DNA of 64,000 nucleotides from a plasmid: sequence record NZ_CP023785.1; one strand, 5' to 3'. Shown piece by piece: positions 37,155 to 44,877 of this stretch (position 1 is its first letter; each line of letters starts with the position of its first letter). The notes under the pieces were generated by a model. It saw only the letters and a program-made list of their open reading frames with translations, ran no database searches and was not told where the DNA came from. The position numbers and the translations under genes were made by a program.

Positions 37155-37555
37155 GTTTTACATAGAAACAGTAAAAATGAAAAGGCCTGTTTAGGAAGGC
37201 ACAAGCGCCTTCTCAATTGAAAGACCTTTCTCTCACTCCAACCGCCACCGCCGTTCGAGAAGAAAGGAAGTGAACGCTACGCGTTCACTAAGATAAAGGG
37301 TCTTGCATAGCAAGACAAAATAGAAAAAATTTCCTCTCACCAAAAGGTTCGCTCCTGTTCGTTATCTCTTTATTGATTTGTCAGACCGGCAACAAGTTGC
37401 CTTTTATCACCAAAAAGCGACAAGGACAAGGGTAAATGGCACGCTGCGCGCCCTTGTCTTGTCGCTTTTCGTTGATTCATTCTGGCCAACAAATCAATAA
37501 AGAAAGAACTAACGAAAGGAAGTAAAACCTTTCCTAAGAGGAGGCAGAATCAATC

Positions 37556-37762
37556 ATGCGAAAGAAATTTGATTATTGGGGTGTTCCCTTCAGCGAATTA
37601 TTCCCAAACTATCATGCACCACATACTGTCGAATGCGATTGTGGAGAAAGAGCGAAATGTATCAAAAGCTATTGTTTGTATCAATGTCCAACATGCGGGA
37701 AAAAATATACCTTGTCTTATGGCGATTATATTTTAATTGATGAGAAAGGAAAGAAACGCTGA
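37556..37762 (+). CDS. Small zinc-ribbon protein (CxC...CxxC)
   Basis: 68 aa with VECDCGERAKC...YQCPTCGKKY. A GAGGAGG RBS is present. Confidence 0.5.
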   Translation: MRKKFDYWGVPFSELFPNYHAPHTVECDCGERAKCIKSYCLYQCPTCGKKYTLSYGDYILIDEKGKKR

Positions 37763-38013
37763 TGAAAACACAACACAAATTATTGACTGTAAAAGAAGTC
37801 GTTCAAATTTTGGTGGACAAAGAAGTCATTTCTGAAAAAGTAGCAGAAGTTTTACTTATTCCGCGGTACTGGACGATAGAAACCCCTTTAGTAGAGGATG
37901 CACCGACTATGCTATTTGAAGACCTAGTGAAGATTGCAGGATATGAACTGCATTATCAAGAAAACTTGGAAACTTATGAAAACGAATATTGGTTAACCAA
38001 ATTAGAGAACTAA
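37762..38013 (+). CDS. Hypothetical small acidic protein
   Basis: 83 aa. Translationally coupled to the previous gene through ATGA. Confidence 0.45.
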   Translation: MKTQHKLLTVKEVVQILVDKEVISEKVAEVLLIPRYWTIETPLVEDAPTMLFEDLVKIAGYELHYQENLETYENEYWLTKLEN

Positions 38014-38028
38014 AAAGGAGAAAAAAAT

Positions 38029-38184
38029 ATGGCTCAAAATTACTATGACGAATTTGTCAAATTACCTTTGGATAAAATGGCACAAAAAATGGAGGATATG
38101 ACGTTCCTATACAACGAAACACGTGTTCCAAAAAAACATTATAAAGAAAAATTGTCGGTAGCTGTGGAAGAAATGATTGAATAA
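38029..38184 (+). CDS. Hypothetical small protein (51 aa)
   Basis: AAAAGGAG RBS. Below the ORF-track cut-off. Confidence 0.35.
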   Translation: MAQNYYDEFVKLPLDKMAQKMEDMTFLYNETRVPKKHYKEKLSVAVEEMIE

Positions 38185-38193
38185 GGTGTCGAA

Positions 38194-38466
38194 ATGAATC
38201 TTATTGCGACGTACTATCGAACACTGGAAGAACTGAAAAAGCAAAATGCAAAATGGTTTTTCCAAGCCTTACTATGCTTGGAAGTAGGTGTCAAACCAAG
38301 CACTATTAAACCTTCTGAATACCAAGCTTTAGAACTAACGTATGCGAAATTTATCGAAACGAAAAAAGCCAAGACTGTTTCAAGTGAATGGTTAGATTAT
38401 TTTGAAAATATCAATAAGTATGGCGCATATTACACCATGAAAAAGGAAGACAACGAAAATGAATAA
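38194..38466 (+). CDS. Hypothetical small protein
   Basis: 90 aa. Continues the operon of tiny genes. Confidence 0.4.
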   Translation: MNLIATYYRTLEELKKQNAKWFFQALLCLEVGVKPSTIKPSEYQALELTYAKFIETKKAKTVSSEWLDYFENINKYGAYYTMKKEDNENE

Positions 38467-38685
38467 GGTGATTTATCAACTAACAACGGATTCCATATCA
38501 ACGATTTGAAAGAAAAAAAGGTCAATAATCATTTATACCGAAAAGTGAGAATGTGTGAAACAAGGACAAAAAACGCCTAGTAACTAAGGAAATGGTTCTT
38601 ATTTCGCACCAATCGCTCCAACCGCCCCCGCCGCTTAGGTGGTGCGAAATAAACGGGCAAAGCCCGATAACTTAAGAGAAAGAAG

Positions 38686-38895
38686 GTGATCCATTTGAAC
38701 AAGATTATTCCCTTATTGTTAGTACTGTTTGTTGGCGAAATACTTATGCGAGATAGTGCAGCTGTACAGTTAAACCTCGCTGTATTTTTGGTAATACTGG
38801 TGTTTTGTTTGATCTTTTGGCGGTTTGTATTAGTCCTCGTGAGTCTACTATTCAAGATGATTGCAGCCATATTTTTCATAGGGTTATTTCGATGA
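38686..38895 (+). CDS. Small hydrophobic membrane peptide (69 aa, 2-3 TM)
   Basis: GTG start with an AGAAGG RBS. It is preceded by a structured 5' region containing a C-rich hairpin. The protein is extremely hydrophobic. Confidence 0.4.
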   Translation: MIHLNKIIPLLLVLFVGEILMRDSAAVQLNLAVFLVILVFCLIFWRFVLVLVSLLFKMIAAIFFIGLFR

Positions 38896-38910
38896 AAGGA
38901 GTGAGTACCA

Positions 38911-39090
38911 ATGCCAATTGCAATAGGAAATAAACGGTTACCCGTGACATTAGATGAAAAGAGACAAAAAGAATTGCAGCAACTAAAGCAGAAGTATGGC
39001 AAAAGTGAATCTAAGATTATGTGTATTGCGTTAGATCTATTGATCGCGCAAGAAAAAGCAGGATTTGATGTACCAGCGCTAAAAAAGTGA
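38911..39090 (+). CDS. Ribbon-helix-helix (CopG-like) DNA-binding protein
   Basis: 59 aa. RLPVTLDEKRQKELQQLKQKYGKSESKIMCIALDLL gives a beta-strand and two helices. A GGAG RBS is present. Its stop codon overlaps the first palindromic operator. Confidence 0.45.
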   Translation: MPIAIGNKRLPVTLDEKRQKELQQLKQKYGKSESKIMCIALDLLIAQEKAGFDVPALKK

Positions 39091-39130
39091 CGTCACTTTT
39101 TAATTTGATCTATATAAGTGATATCACTTT
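39086..39130. promoter_or_regulatory. Two related palindromic operators
   Basis: AAAGTGACGTCACTTT at 39086-39101 and AAGTGATATCACTT at 39116-39129. Both lie upstream of the GGAGGG RBS of the 39149 gene. Confidence 0.5.
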
Positions 39131-39148
39131 TACCAAGGAGGGAATTAA

Positions 39149-39505
39149 ATGTTAAAAACTAAAAAGAATTCGTACAAATTAAAGCTTAGTATACTATCTA
39201 TTATTTGTCTTTTAGGCATGATAATTAGTGGTCATTTGTATAGAGTGGCATATACGCAGTTTATTGAGTACAAGGTTCACTCTTTAGGATTAGCTGGGGA
39301 TCGATACGTTGAATATGTCCATTATTCATTAAAATGTTCTTCATATATTCTTCTTTGGCTTATTTTTTCATTGTTTGAATTGCTAAATTTAATAGCAATA
39401 TCTTCATATCACTTAGATAAGCTAAATACCAAATCTAGCCGTTATAACGAAGTGTTTAAGGAAAATGTGAAGTTAGAAAGTGACTTAAACAAGCTAAAAA
39501 AATAA
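39149..39505 (+). CDS. Two-TM membrane protein with charged C-terminal tail
   Basis: 118 aa with an AGGAGGG RBS. Confidence 0.45.
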   Translation: MLKTKKNSYKLKLSILSIICLLGMIISGHLYRVAYTQFIEYKVHSLGLAGDRYVEYVHYSLKCSSYILLWLIFSLFELLNLIAISSYHLDKLNTKSSRYNEVFKENVKLESDLNKLKK

Positions 39506-39546
39506 AAAGAAGAAAACATAAGTTAACTAAAATTATTTTATTAAGA

Positions 39547-39828
39547 ATGATGGAATATAAGGATAAGGTTACCAACATAACGATCATTACTTCTCTGATA
39601 TGCTATGGACTTCTATCAATCAGTATTTTGTCTATAGATTATGGAGTAACTATACTGCAAGCCTTAGTTTTGGCTATGCCTATGTATCTATCTTTGTTTA
39701 TCATGCATGAAATATATAAGCTATTTGTTTTATCAAAAAATGTAGAAATACGGGTAAATATTTTGGTGAATAGTTATCAAAAAGAACTCAAAGAAAGAAG
39801 ACGGTGGCGGTATTTATTGAAAGGATGA
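39547..39828 (+). CDS. Two-TM membrane protein, similar architecture to preceding gene
   Basis: 93 aa. Confidence 0.4.
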   Translation: MMEYKDKVTNITIITSLICYGLLSISILSIDYGVTILQALVLAMPMYLSLFIMHEIYKLFVLSKNVEIRVNILVNSYQKELKERRRWRYLLKG

Positions 39829-40393
39829 AAAAGTAGGATTTGACATACTGGTATTCAGAAAGTGCCGTCACTTTTAAAACAATGGAAAAGGTGGAGATAA
39901 GATGAAGAAAAAACAAACTAAACTATCATTAGCAGATATTTAACACAGTTAACCGCAACTGAAGATGGTGTTGTTGAATTTGAACAATCTGAAATTGCGG
40001 TAGTAGATGATCGTTACCTTAAAATGCCTTACTTCTTTGACCAAGCAAAGGTCATTTGCCTTTGTCACTACGATGGGGTACGTGATTTTAGGCGTTAAAA
40101 AGTAGTGATTATATCAACTTTACGAGTAAATATAAATTTAGACATGAAACTGAATTATCCAATGGAAAATCATGGTTTATAATCTAGAAAAATTATAGTA
40201 ATGATTGGATTATATATATTCTTTCGTATTTTCGTACAACTGTAGCTTGTCAAAATTGAGAAATTTAACCGATTAGGTACTTTACATCGTTATTTGGGTA
40301 ATTTCTAAAACATGAAGCTTACCAACGAATAAACTGAGACTATCTTATTAATTGATCAATATAAGAAAATATCTTTGAGGAGATGATGTACTA

Positions 40394-40456
40394 TGTTTTC
40401 GTCTATCCACGATTGGTTAGGTGGTCTTTTCGGCGGTGGAGGTAAAGGTTTTTAAT
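40394..40456 (+). CDS. Gly-rich 20-aa peptide ORF (MFSSIHDWLGGLFGGGGKGF)
   Basis: A strong GAGGAG RBS lies 8 nt upstream. The stop is 12 bp before the IS30-family left IR. Confidence 0.2.
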
Positions 40457-40467
40457 AAATATTATTT

Positions 40468-41519
40468 GTCAAATTAAGCGAGACAAAACTTTCCATTTAC
40501 GTAACTCAAAAAAACTTCTAATGGTGTTTGGTAATTTAGTGATTTTCTAGGGATATGGTTTCTTTTGGACGCAACGGATGAGATGAATCCTTGATTGACT
40601 TGGTTGAATTCCATTTCTTTTGGTAGTCCATCTTTTCGGAGGAGTCCGTTTGAATGTTCATTTAATCCCCGTTGGGAAGGCGTTCCTGGGTCTGCGAAAT
40701 AAATATCAATATCATTCGTATTACTAATACTTTTCCAATTAGAGAATTCTTTTCCACAATCAAAGGTAATTGATTTGAAAAGATTTTTGGGTACGGATTG
40801 AAGCCATTCATTAATCGAATTTTCAATATCAACTGCCTTACGGCCTTCTGGTTTCAAGGCGATAATGGCTTTTGAAAGTCGCTCAACGAGTGTGATGACG
40901 GCACTTTTATGGTGGATGCCGACAATCGTATCACCCTCTAAATGTCCAAACTCTTCTTCGAAAACGACATAATCTTTTTTACGTTCAGAAATATTTCTTT
41001 TGAATGCCTGTTTTCCACGTTTTTCCTTATAACCATTTGGTTTTCGTTTTCCTTGCATCGGTAAATGTAAAACATTGAATTCTCCCGTCTTAAACCGGCG
41101 ATAGAGGGTACTTACTGAACAAGAGAAGGTTCGCTCTGCACGGCCAATAATGACGTCTGGGGTCCAACCTTCAGTTGATCTTTTTTCAATGTATTCTTTT
41201 TCCTCAGCAGGAAAAATGATTTCGGTTCTCCCACAACGTCGCTTATTTTCTTTGTATTGTTCAAAGTATTCAAGTGCTGTTCCACCACATTTGAGAAAGT
41301 TATAGACATTGTAAATTGTTTGGCGTCCACGTTTAAGCTGCTTCGCAACGATAGCAACCGGAGTTTCTTGATGAAAATATGCTTCTATCATTACAAGCTC
41401 GTTTGGTGTAAGATGGGTATAAGTCATTTATGTTCACTCTCCTTGTATGCTTTAGCGGGTATTACAATTTGAGTGTAACATAAATGGCTTTTTTATTTGT
41501 CTCGCTTAATTATACAAAC
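40468..41519 (-). mobile_element. IS30-family insertion sequence
   Basis: Imperfect ~23-bp terminal IRs: TTTGTCAAATTAAGCGAGACAAA at 40468-40490 and TTTGTCTCGCTTAATTATACAAA at 41497-41519. A single DDE transposase ORF lies between them. Confidence 0.7.
40474..41427 (-). CDS. IS30-family DDE transposase
   Basis: 317 aa with an N-terminal HTH (QLKRGRQTIYNVYNFLK) and a DDE core. Confidence 0.75.
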   Translation of the reverse strand: MTYTHLTPNELVMIEAYFHQETPVAIVAKQLKRGRQTIYNVYNFLKCGGTALEYFEQYKENKRRCGRTEIIFPAEEKEYIEKRSTEGWTPDVIIGRAERTFSCSVSTLYRRFKTGEFNVLHLPMQGKRKPNGYKEKRGKQAFKRNISERKKDYVVFEEEFGHLEGDTIVGIHHKSAVITLVERLSKAIIALKPEGRKAVDIENSINEWLQSVPKNLFKSITFDCGKEFSNWKSISNTNDIDIYFADPGTPSQRGLNEHSNGLLRKDGLPKEMEFNQVNQGFISSVASKRNHIPRKSLNYQTPLEVFLSYVNGKFCLA

Positions 41520-41547
41520 GGCGAAATAAAAAAATAGAGGAATTATT

Positions 41548-41811
41548 ATGAAAAAGAATTTATTATTAGTTTTACCAATTTTAGGTTTTGCGGGATTCTT
41601 TGTTGGTGTACCAATGCTAAGTGCTAACATTGGAATTTCTTCTTATGCAGCTAAAAAAGTTATTGACATAATTAATACTGGTAGCACGGTTGCTACAATC
41701 ATTTCTATTGTTGCTGCAGTTGTTGGAGGCGGATTAATTACAGCTGGTATTGTTGCTACAGCCAAATCATTAATTAAAAAATATGGAGCTAAATATGCAG
41801 CAGCTTGGTAA
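41548..41811 (+). CDS. Circular bacteriocin precursor candidate (subgroup i; AS-48 / amylocyclicin / enterocin NKR-5-3B-like)
   Basis: 87 aa. The first ~23 aa are hydrophobic and leader-like (MKKNLLLVLPILGFAGFFVGVPM). The remaining 64 aa resemble the helical, glycine-hinge, basic C-terminal pattern of circular bacteriocins. It ends ...ATAKSLIKKYGAKYAAAW, with an aromatic C-terminus as in AS-48 (...AVIAW). Confidence 0.5.
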   Translation: MKKNLLLVLPILGFAGFFVGVPMLSANIGISSYAAKKVIDIINTGSTVATIISIVAAVVGGGLITAGIVATAKSLIKKYGAKYAAAW

Positions 41812-42085
41812 AAAAGGACTAAAGGCGACTTTACAGTCGCCTTTAACTTTCCCAAAGAAAGTTCTTTTTGAGAAATATCGGAAACAAATAAATTGGTCCT
41901 GTTCAACGAAATCATTATTTTTTGTAGCTTCGATTGTTTCCCTTATTTCGGCACTAGTCTTGGGTTTTTTTGATTCTATTTTTTCTAATGTTCTATTTTC
42001 ATTTAGTGTTTTCATTCTATTTCTAAATTATAATTTGCCTTTGATTAGTGATGTTTTCAACATGAAAAAATTCAGGAGAGTATAA
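41795..42085 (+). pseudogene. N-terminal fragment of a membrane protein (possible bacteriocin maturation/immunity gene) truncated by IS256 insertion
   Basis: A GGAG RBS lies upstream of the ATG. There are two TM segments. The stop codon lies inside the left IR of the adjacent IS256-family element. Confidence 0.35.
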
Positions 42086-43421
42086 AATATTTTGTGTAAA
42101 TGAAAAAATCCATACAAAAAAGGAAGGCGCTTCTGTAGAATAAAGTTAACGACAACCAATTCACAGAAAAGAGGACTTCCCTATGAATGATTTTACTACA
42201 GAAATTGTGCAAACTCTAGTCACTAAAGGCGATTTAAATGAATTATTCCGTTCGCACTTAGAAAAAGCGATAAACACACTCCTACGGACTGAATTAACGG
42301 CTTTTTTAGATTACGAAAAATATGATCGCACTGGTTTTAATTCAGGTAATTCGAGAAACGGTTCTTACTTTCGATCAATCAAAACCGAATATGGTGAATT
42401 AACATTGGAAATACCTAGAGATCGTAATGGTGAGTTTAAACAACAAACTTTACCAGCCTACAAAAGAACAAACGATACATTGGAAACCACTATTATCCAT
42501 TTATTCGAAAAAGGTGTTACGATGTCTGAAATTGCTGATTTGATCGAAAAAATGTACGGTCATCACTATACTCCACAAACCATGTCCAACATGACTAAAG
42601 TTCTGACTGAAGAAGTAAATGCCTTTAAATCCAGAGCCTTAAATGATAAGTATGTCGCTATTTTTATGGACGCTACTTACATTCCACTAAAACGTCAAAC
42701 CGTATCCAAAGAAGCGATTTATATTGCCATTGGTATACGAGAAGACGGCACTAAAGAAGTACTGAGTTATGCGATTGCTCCAACTGAATCAACATACGTT
42801 TGGAATGAGCTGCTACAGGATATTAACTCCAGAGGAGTTCAAGAAGTCTTGCTTTTTATTACGGACGGCTTAAAAGGCATGAAAGATACTATCCATCAAA
42901 TTTATCCTAAAGCAAAATATCAGCATTGTTGTATCCATGTATCTCGTAACATCGCTCATAAAGTACGTGTCAAAGACCGAAAAGAAATCTGTGATGACTT
43001 TAAGGCTGTTTATCAAGCTAACTCAAAAGAAGAAGCGAATACCTTCTTATCCGGCATGATTGAGAAATGGAAGAAAAACTATCCTAAAGTGACGCAGTCA
43101 CTCATAGAAAACCAAGACTTATTAACTTTTTATGATTTTCCACCTAGCATTCGTAGAACCATTTACTCAACCAATCTAATCGAGTCTTTCAATAAGCAAA
43201 TTAAAAGATACAGCCGTAGAAAAGAGCAGTTTCAAAATGAAGAATCACTAGAACGCTTTCTAGTCAGCATTTTTGATACATACAATCAAAAATTTCTAAA
43301 CAGAAGCCATAAAGGTTTTCAACAGGTAACCGATACATTAGTTTCAATGTTTACTGAGTAACTAATTATTTTGCAGGAGGACAATTTATTTACACAAAAT
43401 TATTGACGCTCCCAATTAGGA
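42078..43421 (+). mobile_element. IS256-family insertion sequence
   Basis: The transposase ORF is flanked by imperfect IRs (ATTTTGTGTAAAT and ATTTACACAAAAT). The same right-end sequence CACAAAATTATTGACGCTCCCAA recurs at the IS256 remnant at 55781. Confidence 0.6.
42183..43361 (+). CDS. IS256-family transposase
   Basis: 392 aa, mutator-type DDE. Its C-terminus matches the remnant at 55458-55748 (IYSTNLIESFNKQIK(R/K)YS(R/H)RKEQFQNEES). Confidence 0.75.
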   Translation: MNDFTTEIVQTLVTKGDLNELFRSHLEKAINTLLRTELTAFLDYEKYDRTGFNSGNSRNGSYFRSIKTEYGELTLEIPRDRNGEFKQQTLPAYKRTNDTLETTIIHLFEKGVTMSEIADLIEKMYGHHYTPQTMSNMTKVLTEEVNAFKSRALNDKYVAIFMDATYIPLKRQTVSKEAIYIAIGIREDGTKEVLSYAIAPTESTYVWNELLQDINSRGVQEVLLFITDGLKGMKDTIHQIYPKAKYQHCCIHVSRNIAHKVRVKDRKEICDDFKAVYQANSKEEANTFLSGMIEKWKKNYPKVTQSLIENQDLLTFYDFPPSIRRTIYSTNLIESFNKQIKRYSRRKEQFQNEESLERFLVSIFDTYNQKFLNRSHKGFQQVTDTLVSMFTE

Positions 43422-43776
43422 CTCAATTGTTCATAGATGAGCATTTGTAATTAAGTTATATTATAATAAAAAAATACGAATTTTAGTGACGCCATTATAT
43501 TGTTTTTATTTTTCAATTGTAATATTTCATATTACTTCCATAATAAGGAGTATTTTCTATTGGAATATCTTAGCTCTTTTAAGGATTTCTCCTTTTTTGT
43601 TTCTCATTTTTTAAGATTATTTGGATTTCCTTTACAACAAACTTCCACAAGTATTATTGACATAGATGTAATTGAGGGAAGGGGGTTCCAGTGCTAGAAT
43701 AAATAATGAAAAGAGGTAACAAATGCTAGCGTTAAGAGGTGAACAAGTTTGATTGAAAGACATGTAAATTTATTAA

Positions 43777-44828
43777 AATTAACCCGTGGTGCTAGTTAAT
43801 TTTTTCCTAGAGGAAAATGTCTAAACATGTTGGTAAATCAACAAAAAAACGCATATAGTAGTCTCAAAACTCCCAAGAAATGAGGACTACATATGCGTTC
43901 ATCAAAATATACTGAACATTATACAGATACTTTTATAACATTCAAGGAAATTATGAGAACTGTTTCTAACATATACCACAATTGTGTACCAGATAAGATT
44001 AAAAACCGAAGAAATACTGATCAACTGAAGCAACGCGATACAGTGATTATTGCTTGTGTTATATGGGGCATAATTAATGGCTATACTAGCCAAAGAGCCA
44101 CGTATAGAGCGGTTTGTTCCGTCTTATTTCCTAATGGTGACTTTGCTAGTAGGAGTCGATTCACTCGCTTAAGTTCAAACTTAGCTTACACTATCAAGAT
44201 TATTCGATACTTTTTCATCAAGAAGCTCACCAAAGGTGAACTAGTCGGAATTATAGATAGTTTTCCTAGTCCATTATGTAAACCAGTTAGAAATAGACAA
44301 GCAAAACTATTGAATCAAATAGCCAAAGTTGGCTATAACTCAACAAAAAAATCTTATTTTTATGGTCTTAAAATTCATATGATCGTTACTAAGACTGGCT
44401 TTCCGATTACTTACTCAATCACGAATCCAGGTGTCCATGACGTGAAAGTGTTAGAGACTTTATCGGAAGAAGCGAATCTTCCCAATATCCTAGGGGACAA
44501 AGGATATATTAGCCATAAAATCCATGAAAAGCTTGCCCTTAAGGGCATTACTATATCCGTTCCGCCACGTAAAAACATGGATAAATCAGAAAAACTAGAC
44601 CACAGCTTACTTGGAAAACAAAGAAAAACAGTTGAGACTGTTTTTTCTTCCTTAGAAAAATTAGGTTGTCAAAATTTCAACTCACGTTCTGTTAAAGGGC
44701 TAGAGAGTAGATTTGAAAGCATATTACTGGCTTACAGTGTTCTATTAAGTCGAGCACAACGACGTTTTGAAGGAACTTTGAGATATTCTTTAGGATATTA
44801 AAATTAACTAGCACCACGGGTTAAAATT
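43777..44828 (+). mobile_element. IS982-family insertion sequence
   Basis: 25-bp perfect terminal IRs: TTAACCCGTGGTGCTAGTTAATTTT at 43781 and its reverse complement at 44801-44825. Confidence 0.7.
43893..44801 (+). CDS. IS982-family DDE transposase
   Basis: 302 aa with IIDSFPSPLCKPVRNRQ...GDKGYIS, which are hallmarks of IS982/IS4-like transposases. Confidence 0.65.
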   Translation: MRSSKYTEHYTDTFITFKEIMRTVSNIYHNCVPDKIKNRRNTDQLKQRDTVIIACVIWGIINGYTSQRATYRAVCSVLFPNGDFASRSRFTRLSSNLAYTIKIIRYFFIKKLTKGELVGIIDSFPSPLCKPVRNRQAKLLNQIAKVGYNSTKKSYFYGLKIHMIVTKTGFPITYSITNPGVHDVKVLETLSEEANLPNILGDKGYISHKIHEKLALKGITISVPPRKNMDKSEKLDHSLLGKQRKTVETVFSSLEKLGCQNFNSRSVKGLESRFESILLAYSVLLSRAQRRFEGTLRYSLGY

Positions 44829-44877
44829 ATTAAGTCGACAAGAAGACTTTAAACCCGCTTCTTTTTTTAGTGATAAA

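Noticed and set aside
38577-39002. 141-aa minus-strand ORF overlapping the hydrophobic-peptide and RHH genes
   Set aside because: It has no RBS and spans two plus-strand genes that do have RBSs and operator structure. Its composition is that of an antisense translation.
43500-43697. 65-aa ORF between IS256 and IS982
   Set aside because: Phe/Leu-rich low-complexity translation of AT-rich inter-IS DNA with no RBS.
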